64,000 nt of DNA from Chrysomallon squamiferum (lineage: Eukaryota > Animalia > Mollusca). Below the pieces are notes generated by a model, which saw nothing but the letters and a program-made list of their open reading frames with translations, made no database searches and was not told where the DNA came from. The stretch covers positions 30,133,427 to 30,197,426 of the forward strand of contig CM022673.1 of NCBI GenBank assembly GCA_012295275.1, read 5' to 3'. Made by a program: the position numbers and the translations under genes. Of the stretch, positions 33,613 through 45,979 are shown piece by piece; the stretch's first letter is position 1; each line of letters starts with the position of its first letter.

Positions 33613-35663
33613 TAAAGAATATCAATATGATTTTTGTAGCCTTTGACAAATATAACCAGTTTTCTAGGAATTTGACGAATGTTAAGATATTTTCTACCAG
33701 GGCACCTCAGTAGACCACATCCACTTTAACCATTCTCAGAACGTTACAATATGCATACCAATTTTTATTTTCATGAATCCTTTTTCTGAATAACTGTTAA
33801 AACTCGATAATTTCAGCCAGATCGGTCTGCTGTTTATTTCTAGAAGTTTCAAAAGCGTGAAAAAAAAGAATTAGTACATTTTTTTAATGACAAAATAGGT
33901 AAGTTTACTAATTTACTATATTTAAGTCATGTTTTAGTAATGAATTGGTATTCAGAGTTGTAAAAGTGTTCTGAATGAAGTGACTATACTGAAACGTTTG
34001 ATAAAAATTGAAATGCACCTTAGTATGGAGCATGTGGGGATACTACTCTGTAAATGGATAAATATCATTTCCTATTAAAAATAGTATTGATTTTGTCTTA
34101 TTTAACTGTTATTGAAATCTAAAATATGTTTTTCTTAAACTTTTTCTTTTGACTTAAGTTATATTTTGCCCGTAGCCTTCTCCTGTTTTCTGTCCTAAAT
34201 TTGAAAATACTAAAGATTGTATTGTAATTCTTAACCAAAATATCACACAAATACGTTTGACGCATGCTTATATTATTAAACAGAAAAACACTTTTAAAGG
34301 GTGCTTGTGAAAATAGTAAATGTGGACCTAATGTTATTTATATATTTTTCTAGATAAAAATACGCAGACGGTCAATTACAAGCCATCCATTCTTTAGGAC
34401 GATGATTTTTTTGTGTGCGGCTGTTTATAGTACATTTTAGTGATAGTTCAAAATCTGATGAAAATGGATGTGAGAGTTATAATTTAAATCACCAGAGATT
34501 TTTGCTGGAGCGAAAACTATTGAATTTGAAAGCGGTTGTTAACAATCTACAATAGGAATATAACTGAATCTGTGTTAAAACCACCTTTCTTCGGCTGCAA
34601 ATCAAGACCAAGCAGAACATCCAGGACAAGAAGCTTAATCTACACCGTCTCGCCAACAACAACAACCATACGACAACTAGCTTTTTTTATTGATCTACCA
34701 GCACACTTACAATACAACAGGAACACCAGCTTTCTCAAACAGAACTGTTGTAATTGTTTTCCAATCAAAAATGTTTGCCCAACTTCAAACTGGTATTTAT
34801 AGCTTTGATACCAACCACCATGGCATTGGAACACTTTAGTAAATTTTCGTATGATTAGGCTATAATCCGCTGATACTTTTGGCAGATAAGGGTAATAGAA
34901 TAGTTTTCTGAAGATTTAATAAATAATTCGATATTTAATTTAATTTTTCTTTTTTTTATTTGAAAGGCACAGTTCTGCAAATCATAGCTTTTTGCTTTAC
35001 ATTTTTTTCAAAACATTAAAAAAACTATTATCTGCGTCCTTAAATACACATTGCAGTTCATTTGATTCGTTTATTAATGTACATTTCAGTAATTAATTTT
35101 TAAATATAAAAAAATGAAACACAGCTATTAAAGCTATCCTCTTTTATCTGGATCCAGTGATGGAAGCAGATGGTACGTAGTGGGGATCTCTACTTTTATT
35201 TTCGAGTTTAACTTCAATTTCTGTACTAGCCAATCAGTTGTAATTTCACTGGATGTAAAATTAGCTTCGTCCTTTTATATAATTATAATTGCATATTTTA
35301 CTCACCTGTCATAGCAACATATTAAACTATGTTAGGGAAAATAAAAAGCACAATTTTGTTTTATCGAATTAATGGTGACGCTAAATAGGTTCATACTACA
35401 GTGGTTTGTACAGTGTAAATTTGTCTAACTGTAAGTAGTCCCGTTTTTACATTATTATAGTTTTGTTTACTCATTCCTTTTGTAGTTATTCTGTTTTTGA
35501 TTAATACTACATAAATATGCAATAGAAAAAAGAAACAACAGCTCTGAAAAAGACTTTCAGATTGGCCATTAGAGAATGATTTATTAATTCATTTTTCTAG
35601 ACAGTTTATATATTTATATAGCTTGATGATTTCAGGCAACAACGAAATCAATGAGCATATAAA

Positions 35664-35697
<34 letters not shown>

Positions 35698-36494
35698 TGT
35701 TAAAATCAATTCTTCAGTATTTAGTATTGGATAATATTTTTGAAAAATCAAAAAGGGTAATTTAAATTGTTTTAATATTAAATAATAATTAAAACTGACC
35801 TGTGATCGTATAATAACAATCTTAAATGGGTTTTTGTATACGAAAATACAAATGTAAATTTCAGAAATTATAATTACATAGTAAATAAATATGAAAATAA
35901 ACTGAAATGTTTTACGAACTGTTTCAACTTTCTAGACATTTTTAACAGCTTAATACCTTAATTTATGTTACATTAATTTGAGATATTCTGAAATATAAAT
36001 GTATTGTTATATTCTACGGTTTTGGCCAGACATGCGCAGTGTAGACTACCAGCCCGAGCCGTCATGGTCGCAGGCACATTGTAATAAGAGTGAATAAATA
36101 CATTAGACGTGCTACACCATTAGTTAGCTTAATATAGTTTCAACTGCGATTGACGAGTCATTTATTTTCAAATATTGTTATGTCACTTATGACAATATGC
36201 AATAATGTATGTAATAAATAGATATTTAGACAAATTTGTCTGACTATTCAAATATCCATAATTATAGAAAATACGTTACTTCTAGCTGATAAACGTCTCA
36301 GACTCAATACTAGTAAAGAATATGGACATAAACTGGAATGTACCCCCGACACGTCTATCAATTATGTTTCCTTGACGATTATTCAGTATTCAATATCTTG
36401 TACCAGAACCACTGAAAAGAACTGCAAACTGTATACAAAACAACATTTTGTCTCAGAATTAAAAATATTCTCTAACTGCCATGTGTGTGTATAC

Positions 36495-36536
<42 letters not shown>

Positions 36537-38399
36537 TTCTGATGGAGAGATAAATATGTGTGATATCAGACAGATAAATCAAACAATGATTCATGGTAGC
36601 TAAAAAGGAGTTATCGGACTTTACTGTTAAAATTTTTATTTATGTAGATTATCTCATTCCAGTAATAAGGAGAGTGACAGCTAAACAGTAAACAGATTTA
36701 CAGCATATTTTATTATTTTACATTAACCTAAAATATATAATATCTTTTCGTTTTCTTTCTTTGATCTCCTCACCATAACCATGAAGTAAAATAAATCATT
36801 TTATTCTTAAATGAAATGTGAGAAAATATTGTATTTCATTCTGAAATATATTTTAGTCTTATTTTATACAGTCGGACACACGAAACTGGAAATTGTTAAA
36901 ATTTACGTTAGTTATTCAAAAGATAAATATCAACATACTGCTACATAATTAAATGAAATATTGAATTACCACTACAACAAGGAATATATTTTAGAACTGA
37001 CAACAACAGAAAAATGTGAAATATCCATCATTTCATCGTTAAAAAAGTTTTATATCGGACTAAACAGACACGCATATATTTATGCATGCATGCATGTATG
37101 TATTTACTTTTAACGTTATATATATACGACTGTATTTCGCAGTATCTGTATGTGTATGTGTATCTCTGAATATATGTGATTGTGTATGTGACATATATGG
37201 GTATGTTGCTGAGTTTATACTCTGGAAAAAAAAAAAAAAGAAAGACAATCAAAATAAAAGTATCATTGAATAAGGGCAAGGTTAAGAAGATATTTAACAA
37301 AATTTTACTTCAGGATATGCAGCTCCGCGATGTGTTAAAGTGAAACTTGTTATTTTGTTACTTAAATTTTCTTAGTCTTGTAAATATATTAGATGATTAT
37401 TTTTTTATTTCCATTAGAAAGAAGGGCTTGGAAGTGGTTACAAGTATGAAATCTGCCAATGTAAAAACATCGTTGTTGCAGTTATCATGTGAAAATTGAT
37501 TGTTTTTCTGGCGATGTTTTTATCCTTTTTGATAGTGGAAAATATGAACTCATTATAAAAAACTTATTACTTATATTAAGTAATTAGTTTGTCTTGTTAT
37601 CTTTTGACTTTCTCTACGTAAACTAGTGTGATTTTTCTTTTATTTATTCTTTATTTCTGTTTTCTTCTTCTTCTTCGTTTATTCTTCTTGTTTTTTCAGT
37701 TAACTTTTTCCCGTTATCGCATTAAAATAGGTAATAATTTACTGCACGATCATTTCTTTTAATAAAAGAGTGCAAAAAGAATTATTTAGAAGTGAAATGG
37801 GAGCGGGAACACTGTTGCTACGCTATACGTTATTGTTGTCATACACTTGCAACGTTCACTTGAAAGCCTGTTAGAAACAAGATATAGGGCACTGAACATA
37901 ATGGACTATGGCACAGCTAAAGTTTACGAACATCCATCATTATTTTTATATGCTCTTAGTTATAGTGCGTTACGTTACTGATTTAACATACATCCATCCT
38001 TCCATTATCTGAAGGACTGACTTATGATCAGTGTCATGGCCAGTTATCATTTATGATTCTGGTGGACAATAATGTGGCTGGTGGTCTTTCTGTTTCTGTT
38101 TTAGTATCCTGAAGTTATGACCGTAATTTTAAACTATGAAATTTGTTGATATACAGGTTCTAGCTTTCCTTAGTGGGATATTTACACAAAATAAGAAGGT
38201 TAGGTCATTCATTATTTAATTATATTTAAATAGAAAAGAAACGAAGTATATTAACATGCACATGATCAGAAGGAGTTCGAATTTCTCTTCTTTTTTTAAA
38301 TATTGAAAATTAAGATATTTGTGGAATATAGTATGAATATTAACAGTCAGAAATGAATTCAAAACTTTTCCGGTGAATTAAATCATCTAGAATGCAAAA

Positions 38400-38485
<86 letters not shown>

Positions 38486-38575
38486 TATAATAATAATAGT
38501 AATAATAATAGTAATAATAAAACGTCCGAGTTCGAATCACAAAATGAACCGTGATACATTTACAAAAAAAAGGTA

Positions 38576-38617
<42 letters not shown>

Positions 38618-39025
38618 CCATAACAACAATAACAACAACAACCAAAAATAAAAAAAAAAAAAAAAAATTGACAAAATTGACGAGTTTGGATATAATTACA
38701 TAAATCAAATGTAAAAAAAAAAAATGTTTGGATCAGGGCTGTGTTAGTTCTTGTCATGATACAGATTTTTTAAAATAAAAAGAAAAGAAACCAAGCAACA
38801 AAACACCTCTTCTGTTATTGATGCCTTTCCATTTTTTGACTTCATACATTCTTTTTTCTATTCTGTGACTTAAAAAAAAATGAAAATTCAGTCAGAATGG
38901 CAGTTAGAGGATGTTTTATTAAATCTAAAACAGACTTTATTGTTGTTGGTTTTTTTTCTTCTGTGGATCTGTGAGACGCTACCAGTTATTAGGTGCGAGG
39001 TGTTGCATCTTTAAATTATGCACAC

Positions 39026-39056
<31 letters not shown>

Positions 39057-39119
39057 TGTATTATGTATGTATGTATGTATGTATGTATGTATGTATGTAT
39101 GTGTATGTATGTTTGTATG

Positions 39120-39162
<43 letters not shown>

Positions 39163-39255
39163 GTATCTAAACACCTTATTGATAAAAATATAGGTGACAG
39201 TACTTCTCTCTGAGGTAGTCCATGGCGCAAGGATATTTTCTTGATGTGTTGGCTG

Positions 39256-39545
39256 TCAACAATTACTGATGCCTTCGATTACGTAGATTCGACCTGTATA
39301 TCTTGCAACATAAAATGTTTTTTCTGTAGCTTTGCTAAGCAAACCATCTTTGCTGACCTTATCAAAGGCCTTTCCCGGATCAATGAACGAGAAAAGAACA
39401 ACCTTCTGTGCTTGTAAAGCATCTTCGATTACTTGTGACAGGCATGTGACCTGGTTTTCTGTGCTGCAGAACCCTTTAAATCCTGCTTGTTCTTGAGTCA
39501 TGACGTTCTCATTGTCAGAGAACAGCTGAGGCCAATGGTTGGTGA
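39256..39545 (-). mobile_element. Non-LTR retrotransposon reverse transcriptase fragment
   Basis: EQAGF...STENQV..L.Q.IEDA......VLFSFIDPGKAFDKV..DGLL matches the LINE RT motifs QxGF and D-x2-KAFD-x-V. Confidence 0.88.
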
Positions 39546-40480
39546 TGCATTTTGCATCGCGCAGTATTACCTAGCAGTTTAAGCATTTCATTAGTAATAC
39601 ATTCCTGACCTAAAGATGTCTAGTTTTTTCAGTGAATTGAAGGAAATAATTCTTAGTACAATTCCCTTGTTCAGTCGCATCTTTGGTTTAACATTTGCTT
39701 ATAAACTCCAATCCCATGTTCAGACAGCTATTCAGAAACATCTTTACCAAAGTGACTTCTTAATTCTTATTGAAGTGAAATTCAGTTTCTGCTCCATTTA
39801 CATTCACATCACCAAATGTGTAATTTTTATAAGTACTTCACACTGTAACTCATGTTTATGTTCTTGTATTCTTAATGAATTTTCATTTTAAAGTGCTTTG
39901 AGCCCCACTATCAGGAGTCACATTTTTATCATATAGCCGCTACTAGCACTAAGATACTGAAGAGAACTATAATTAAAAGAAAACATATAAATCCGCAAGA
40001 TATTACATTTCAGTTTTCCTAATTTACCTTTCTGAATGTATTTCATCTTCTAGATCACTATGCTTAATTTGGATTAAAAACTCTATTTATAGTACACGTA
40101 GAAGTGAAGTTACGAATTCTCAAAAGACATTTTGAAGTTTGTGTCACTGAATATAGGCTAAACGATCTACAATTATAATTAGGAGTCAAACCTCTATTTA
40201 CCAAACAGAATAACACTTTTGAGTTCCTAGAACAGTCAGATACAAATGTTAATCCAGAAAAAATGAAAGTAAGAATGAGAAATAAACATATAATAACACA
40301 ATGAGTGAATTTGATTAATTTCAATTTTTTGGGCAATATTAATAAATCACATTCTTCTGAGACCTTTGAACAAAATGATCTCATTTACGAAAGACTGATT
40401 CTGCAGAGTCTAGTGGTTTATAAACTAATAATTTGTAGGTATTCAAAACAGAATATTTTTATTATTGTATAATACTTGTG

Positions 40481-40532
<52 letters not shown>

Positions 40533-40825
40533 TGAAGTCTGTGCAATTTTATATTCGCAAGTAAACATTAAAAACACTGTAGCGAATTAGTGACACCACA
40601 GTCTGGTAACACTACTATTCCTGAAATATCCCAAGGTTGATAACTGAAGTCCTAGGCTATACTGATTTATCTTTTTTAAATGGTTTAAATTTTTTAAATT
40701 TACATAATTCATCTTGTCATAGTAACCTGACTATCTGCATCGTTACATTTTGGTTGAGAATGAAGGAGGCGTGGTTATTTTTTTATTAATAATAACATTA
40801 ATCTTTTTTTTTAGGTAGACAAAAA

Positions 40826-40862
40826 TATAAAAGCAAAGAGTGATTCGCCGCGCAGTATAAAG
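40826..40862 (+). promoter_or_regulatory. Candidate TATA boxes of the Hog gene
   Basis: TATAAAAG at 40826-40833 and TATAAAG at 40856-40862, 115-150 bp upstream of the ATG; weak evidence in an AT-rich background. Confidence 0.35.
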
Positions 40863-40974
40863 ATTATAGAGAAGTGTTTAACAGTAAAATATTAATCTAA
40901 CAGCAACAACGCTCGTCCGAAGTGGAACTTCAAATAGTATATATAGAAATACAATAATAGAAACTGTTAAAAAC

Positions 40975-41026
40975 ATGTGTCAGCTTTTGTATCTTTTATG
41001 TATTCTTGTGTTATCATCATCCGAAG
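40975..41026 (+). CDS. Hog gene exon 1, signal peptide (MCQLLYLLCILVLSSSE)
   Basis: aaacATG start context, hydrophobic core, aag|gtaaga donor, phase 1. Confidence 0.85.
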
Positions 41027-42618
41027 GTAAGATTATGAGTATTTATTTAAAGATGCCCTAAACGCTGTGTAAAACATGCTATGTGAAATAATGACGGGGA
41101 AGGAAACACGCTATCATACTTGATATATATAGGTACAGGTATGTATGTATGCATACATATACGTGTCTGGTAACGTACATGCATATGTATTTATGTATGT
41201 ATGGATGGATGGATGGTTGAATGTAAGTAAATTCAATATGCATCAATGTTTGTATGAATGTACGTATGTATGGATTTCTTTCTTTCTTTCATTATTTATC
41301 AGTATGTGTTTGTGTTTATACTGAGAAAAAGCAGAGAAAGAAAATCAGCGTTTGTCTGAATGAATGTATGAGTAACGGTGTATTTAATACAATACTTACT
41401 TTGTAGACATTAGTTTCAGGACAGAGCATATATAAGGACTGTGGTGAAAGAAGTCTTTCGGTATGTTCATACTTATAATAATTACCAGTTTCTCCTGACC
41501 TTTAAAATTAATTGTATCTTATTTATTTATTTATTTGTTAATTATTATTGTTAGCTTCAGGGCGATCATGTGTAGTACTACAGTATACATTAATAATCTT
41601 TGTTAATTATATATGAATAAATATCATATAATGGTTGAAATCATTTGCTATGATGAAGATAAATTATATATTATTTTTATAAATAAAATTAACGGTAATT
41701 TTAAAAAAAAGTAATCAATAAAGCTCTATTCAGATACAAAGTTTTAGTGTTAGGCACTAAAATGTACCTCTGTTTTAGCCGTATGTTCAAACGTCTGACA
41801 TTACCATTTAATTGATTAATATAACCAGTTATCAAATCTACAAACAACATTTTAAAGCCCCCCCCAAAACGTCTGATTGAATCGATCTTACTTTTTAAGT
41901 ATATGCCTATTCTTTTTTTATTTTTTTTTTTGTCATAATAAAATTGTTCCTTTTGTTATTTCTGCTAGGAAGCATATTGTGTGTGTAATGGTAACGAAGC
42001 GGTGGAGTGTAAATGCGGATGCGATCCTCAGAATCTTCGCAACGGACCATGTTGTTGCGACTGCAGATCACCGTCATCTTCCAGCGGTGGCTGTTTTCCT
42101 GGCGATGCCGCTGTTTTCACTGACAGTGGCAGATACGAACGAATGAAAAATCTTGTTGTAGGACAAAGAATTCTGTGTGGTGAGTTACGAATCTTTTTAT
42201 ATTATATACTTGCTGTTCTCACAAAAATGAGAGACGGTCTACTTCTATAATTTATATATATTATCAGTTTCGCAGAAAACTAAATATGATAGCATAGGGC
42301 ACTGTATACAATAAGGTTGGTGCTGTAGGCATACTTACAGATTTTTGACGTTTTATATTAAGATTATAGACATCACTAGATACATAAGATAAAAAAAACT
42401 AGCAGATATATATTTGAATATATTTTTTCACAGTCTTCATTATATGCATACACCCAAATAAACATATGCCAATGTTTTTGACCTTTCAAATAAATAAATC
42501 AATCAATCAATAATTGCAGTAGTGGTAGTACTTATAGTACTAGAAGTAATAGCAAAAAAAATAATAATAATAGACGTTCAGTTTTCTTGAAATATAATGT
42601 TTGGTAATAATTTAAACT

Positions 42619-42684
<66 letters not shown>

Positions 42685-43621
42685 GTAATAACAATAAAAA
42701 AAATAATAATAATATTTCTTTGTACTGAGAACCAACATTTTATAATCGAATTAGTATATTCCGTCAAAATAACTCTTCACCATTCCCATTTGTGCTAATC
42801 TTGCTTCAGAAAGTTAGCGAACTTGAATATTTCCTACAAATTTTCTTTAGTATTGAATTCAGAACACTGTCCAGCACGAAACATTTCTTAATACTTCAGA
42901 ACGTTTTTGACTTATTTATTTTTGATTTTGGTGGATAATACAGTAAATGGAGGTATCAGAAAAGAAAAACAAAATTACTAATAATTAAATTAAAAAAGAA
43001 GAGTTATCAAATTACTTCTCTGTTACTGGAGTTGTCACTATTCAGATAGAGTAACATCTCCTTCACAATGTTTTGAATTAAAAAGGTATTCTACTCTTCA
43101 CTTCAGTACAAAATGGAAAGCGTGTATTTTCTGAAGTCAGAACATTTTTCCGACGCGAATCAGCTCGCAATGCAACATTTCTGACACTGATTACAGAAAA
43201 AGGTCATCGACTTTCTCTGTCAGAAAAACACGTTGTGTTTACTTCGACAAACAAGTCAACGAACATGAAACCAAGGTTAGTTTCACTTAATCTTCTGACG
43301 TCTGTATTTTGTAACGTTGTTGCAGTCTAATTGTTGGTGTAGATTCAACATTGGCTAGTTACCGTCATTATGCTAGTTCACGTAGAAGGCTGTTCTAACT
43401 CAGTGGAAATGCGATAAGATGAAGAAAGACATTTACTAACAGGGCAGAAACTACGGCTGTCCTGTATAGAAAATATTTTTTAGGTGCAAAAGAAATTAAA
43501 GCGCCTATATCATAAAAGTTACATCTTTATATATAAGTTACAGATCTATTGTAGAAAAAATCTGTCAGCAATTTAACCAATTCTCTTTGATTACAAATAT
43601 GTTGATGTATTACACATTCAC

Positions 43622-43659
<38 letters not shown>

Positions 43660-44000
43660 ATTTAATAGCAAATATCTTTCTTGGTAATATATTAAATAAA
43701 CTTACTGGTGTCGTCAAGTTAGCTTAAGAACAACTACAAAAAATCAAAGTTTAATGTTTGAATCGAGAACAGCAGAAAGAACTTTAATACAAACGTGAAT
43801 ATTTTCAACCCAGCATTCCCCTTCATATCTGAAGAAAAGTAGTACTGAATTACTTTTTTACAAATTACTAAGACAGACTTTGTTTTATTCAGGTTAGCTA
43901 GAGCTGTGAAACCAGGCGATTACATATTTAGCACTGAAAATTGCCCTGTTGATACATGCCAAGAACGAGTTCTACAAATCTTTGTTTCTAAAGAACAAGG

Positions 44001-44040
<40 letters not shown>

Positions 44041-44078
44041 TACTACTACTACTATTACTGCTACTACTACTACTACTT

Positions 44079-44129
<51 letters not shown>

Positions 44130-44561
44130 TTATTATTATTACTGAAATAACTGTTATCACAGCTAAACTAAATTTGAAAATATTTCTAACCTAGGTTTAT
44201 GTACATTTACTTTTATTACTGTTTAATGTAGTAGCAGTATTCGCAGTAGTTTTAGTAAGAACAGCTAATAAATAAGAATATATCAGTATACAGAGAGAGA
44301 GAGAGATCTGGTTTGTAATATTATGCATTTATTAAATTGATTTCAGGTATGTATGCTCCTCTGACGAACACGGGAACAGCGGTTGTTAATGGCATTCTGG
44401 CTTCTTGCTTCGGAAAAATTATTAATATGGACGCAGCACACTTGATAGTTTTTCCCTTGCGATGGTTTCCTTGGCTGTTAGAGCCGTGGCAAAAAGGTGG
44501 TTTGAGTCCAGTTTTGTCAGCTATGGAATACCTCATACCTAAGAGTTGGTTCGGCCGATAG
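40975..44561 (+). CDS. Hedgehog-related Hog/Hint-domain secreted precursor, 264 aa (signal peptide + 10-Cys peptide + Hint + divergent SRR). join(40975-41026,41420-41460,41969-42179,43107-43275,43893-43999,44347-44561)
   Basis: Six GT-AG exons (52+41+211+169+107+215 = 795 nt) give one frame from ATG to TAG. Hint motifs are GG|CFPGDAAV, M-x2-L-x-VG-x-RIL, NGKRVFSEV, LSLSEKHVVF, ARAVKPGDYI and GMYAPLTNTGTAVVNGILASCF, followed by SRR-like AAHLIVFPLRW. Confidence 0.92.
41420..41460 (+). CDS. Hog gene exon 2, 41 nt (GQSIYKDCGERSLS)
   Basis: tttcag acceptor and cg|gtatgt donor; supplies exactly the phase 1 to 0 change needed between exons 1 and 3, and makes the Cys count even. Confidence 0.75.
41969..42179 (+). 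CDS. Hog gene exon 3, Cys-rich peptide, Ser/Gly linker and Hint block A
   Basis: EAYCVCNGNEAVECKCGCDPQNLRNGPCCCDCRSPSSSSGG|CFPGDAAVFTDSGRYERMKNLVVGQRILC; ctag acceptor and g|gtgagt donor; Cys1 codon at 42092-42094. Confidence 0.92.
43107..43275 (+). CDS. Hog gene exon 4, Hint core including block B
   Basis: QNGKRVFSEVRTFFRRESARNATFLTLITEKGHRLSLSEKHVVFTSTNKSTNMKP; cttcag acceptor and ag|gttagt donor; phase 1 to 2; not in the ORF track. Confidence 0.92.
43893..43999 (+). CDS. Hog gene exon 5
   Basis: LARAVKPGDYIFSTENCPVDTCQERVLQIFVSKEQ; ttcag acceptor and weak ag|gtcatt donor at the same position as ag|gtaatt in the paralogue. Confidence 0.88.
44003..44142. repeat. (TAT)n/(TAC)n microsatellite at the start of Hog gene intron 5
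   Basis: Direct inspection. Confidence 0.95.
44347..44561 (+). CDS. Hog gene exon 6, Hint C-terminus and sterol-recognition-like region
   Basis: GMYAPLTNTGTAVVNGILASCFGKIINMDAAHLIVFPLRWFPWLLEPWQKGGLSPVLSAMEYLIPKSWFGR*; tttcag acceptor. Confidence 0.93.
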
Positions 44562-44622
44562 AGTCAGCTTCATAACCTGCCTTTATTGTATTTGAGTTTT
44601 GAAAAAGTAAAATTCTGGAGAA

Positions 44623-44649
44623 AATAAATTCAGCTTAAAGACTAATAAA
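44623..44649 (+). terminator. Candidate polyadenylation signals of the Hog gene
   Basis: Two AATAAA hexamers (44623 and 44644) 60-90 nt after the stop, followed by T/GT-rich sequence. Confidence 0.4.
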
Positions 44650-44802
44650 TTTTGTTTAAGTGTTAGTTAAAAATTTGACCCTGAAGTTTGCTAAATATAT
44701 TTAAGGGAAAATTCGTACGGAAAAATACTCAAACACACACATATACAAGAGAGGCGGAAAAAACCGAAAGACGAAATAAAGAAGTCTAAGCTGTTTTTAT
44801 AA

Positions 44803-44951
<149 letters not shown>

Positions 44952-45070
44952 GTCTAAGTATTTCTGTAAGCTGCATATCTGCACTGCGACATAATTAAAT
45001 ATGTATACATATTATTTATTTAATGATTATCTAATATGGTCCTAATTATTTATTGTGAGAGAGAGTTGTA

Positions 45071-45399
45071 ATTAAATCTGTGGAACTATTAAATGACAAA
45101 ATTTATATCATTTATTCAGAAGACAAATTATGTGTTGTTCCAGTAGCTGATACAAGTAAGACTAGAGCAATACAGAGAGAGAAATTTACAAGTTGATAAC
45201 GCGATAGAATTTTTGCTGGTACAGTCACGGTTTAAATCAATCAGACAATCTGCTTCCTCGATAGACACTCAAATTGTTCCTCGTGTTGAAGCTTCCTGAC
45301 ATGAACCTGAAATTAACGATCATAAATAAAATTATCTTTTTAGTTTGTAATTGAGAGAGAGAGAGAGAGAGATAGATATATAGATAGATAGATAGAGAG

Positions 45400-45434
<35 letters not shown>

Positions 45435-45435
45435 G

Positions 45436-45518
<83 letters not shown>

Positions 45519-45890
45519 TAAGTTGATAACGCGACTTTTTAAAAAAAATTTTACCTACAAAAAAAAAAAAAAAAAAAAAATTGCGCAAAAGGATAAATAT
45601 ATTTGCATCACAGTTAATGACCTTAAATATGTTAAAATATATTAATGCATGTGATATACGATCAAACGAGGTATGCTTGACTGACTGGTTTATTAAATTA
45701 AATCATTATTTTTTTTCTACATCAAACGCTGCACTTAATTTATATATTTTATGGTAACATATTTTTATGAGCATAATGAACGACATTGCATGCAAATTTA
45801 AGCGTTTCTGTGTAGGGATGTGCCAGTACGTGTGTCTTACTTCATCATGAGCGAAAAAAGTCTGAATTCATTTATTGAAAATTATCTTTT

Positions 45891-45979
<89 letters not shown>

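Noticed and set aside
34536-34834. Overlapping short ORFs on both strands with slightly higher GC
   Set aside because: No recognisable domain or splice structure.
40975-44561. Calling this gene hedgehog (hh) or an intein
   Set aside because: It has no Hedge signalling domain, and the Hint domain ends in ASCF plus an SRR-like tail rather than the intein His-Asn|Cys/Ser/Thr.
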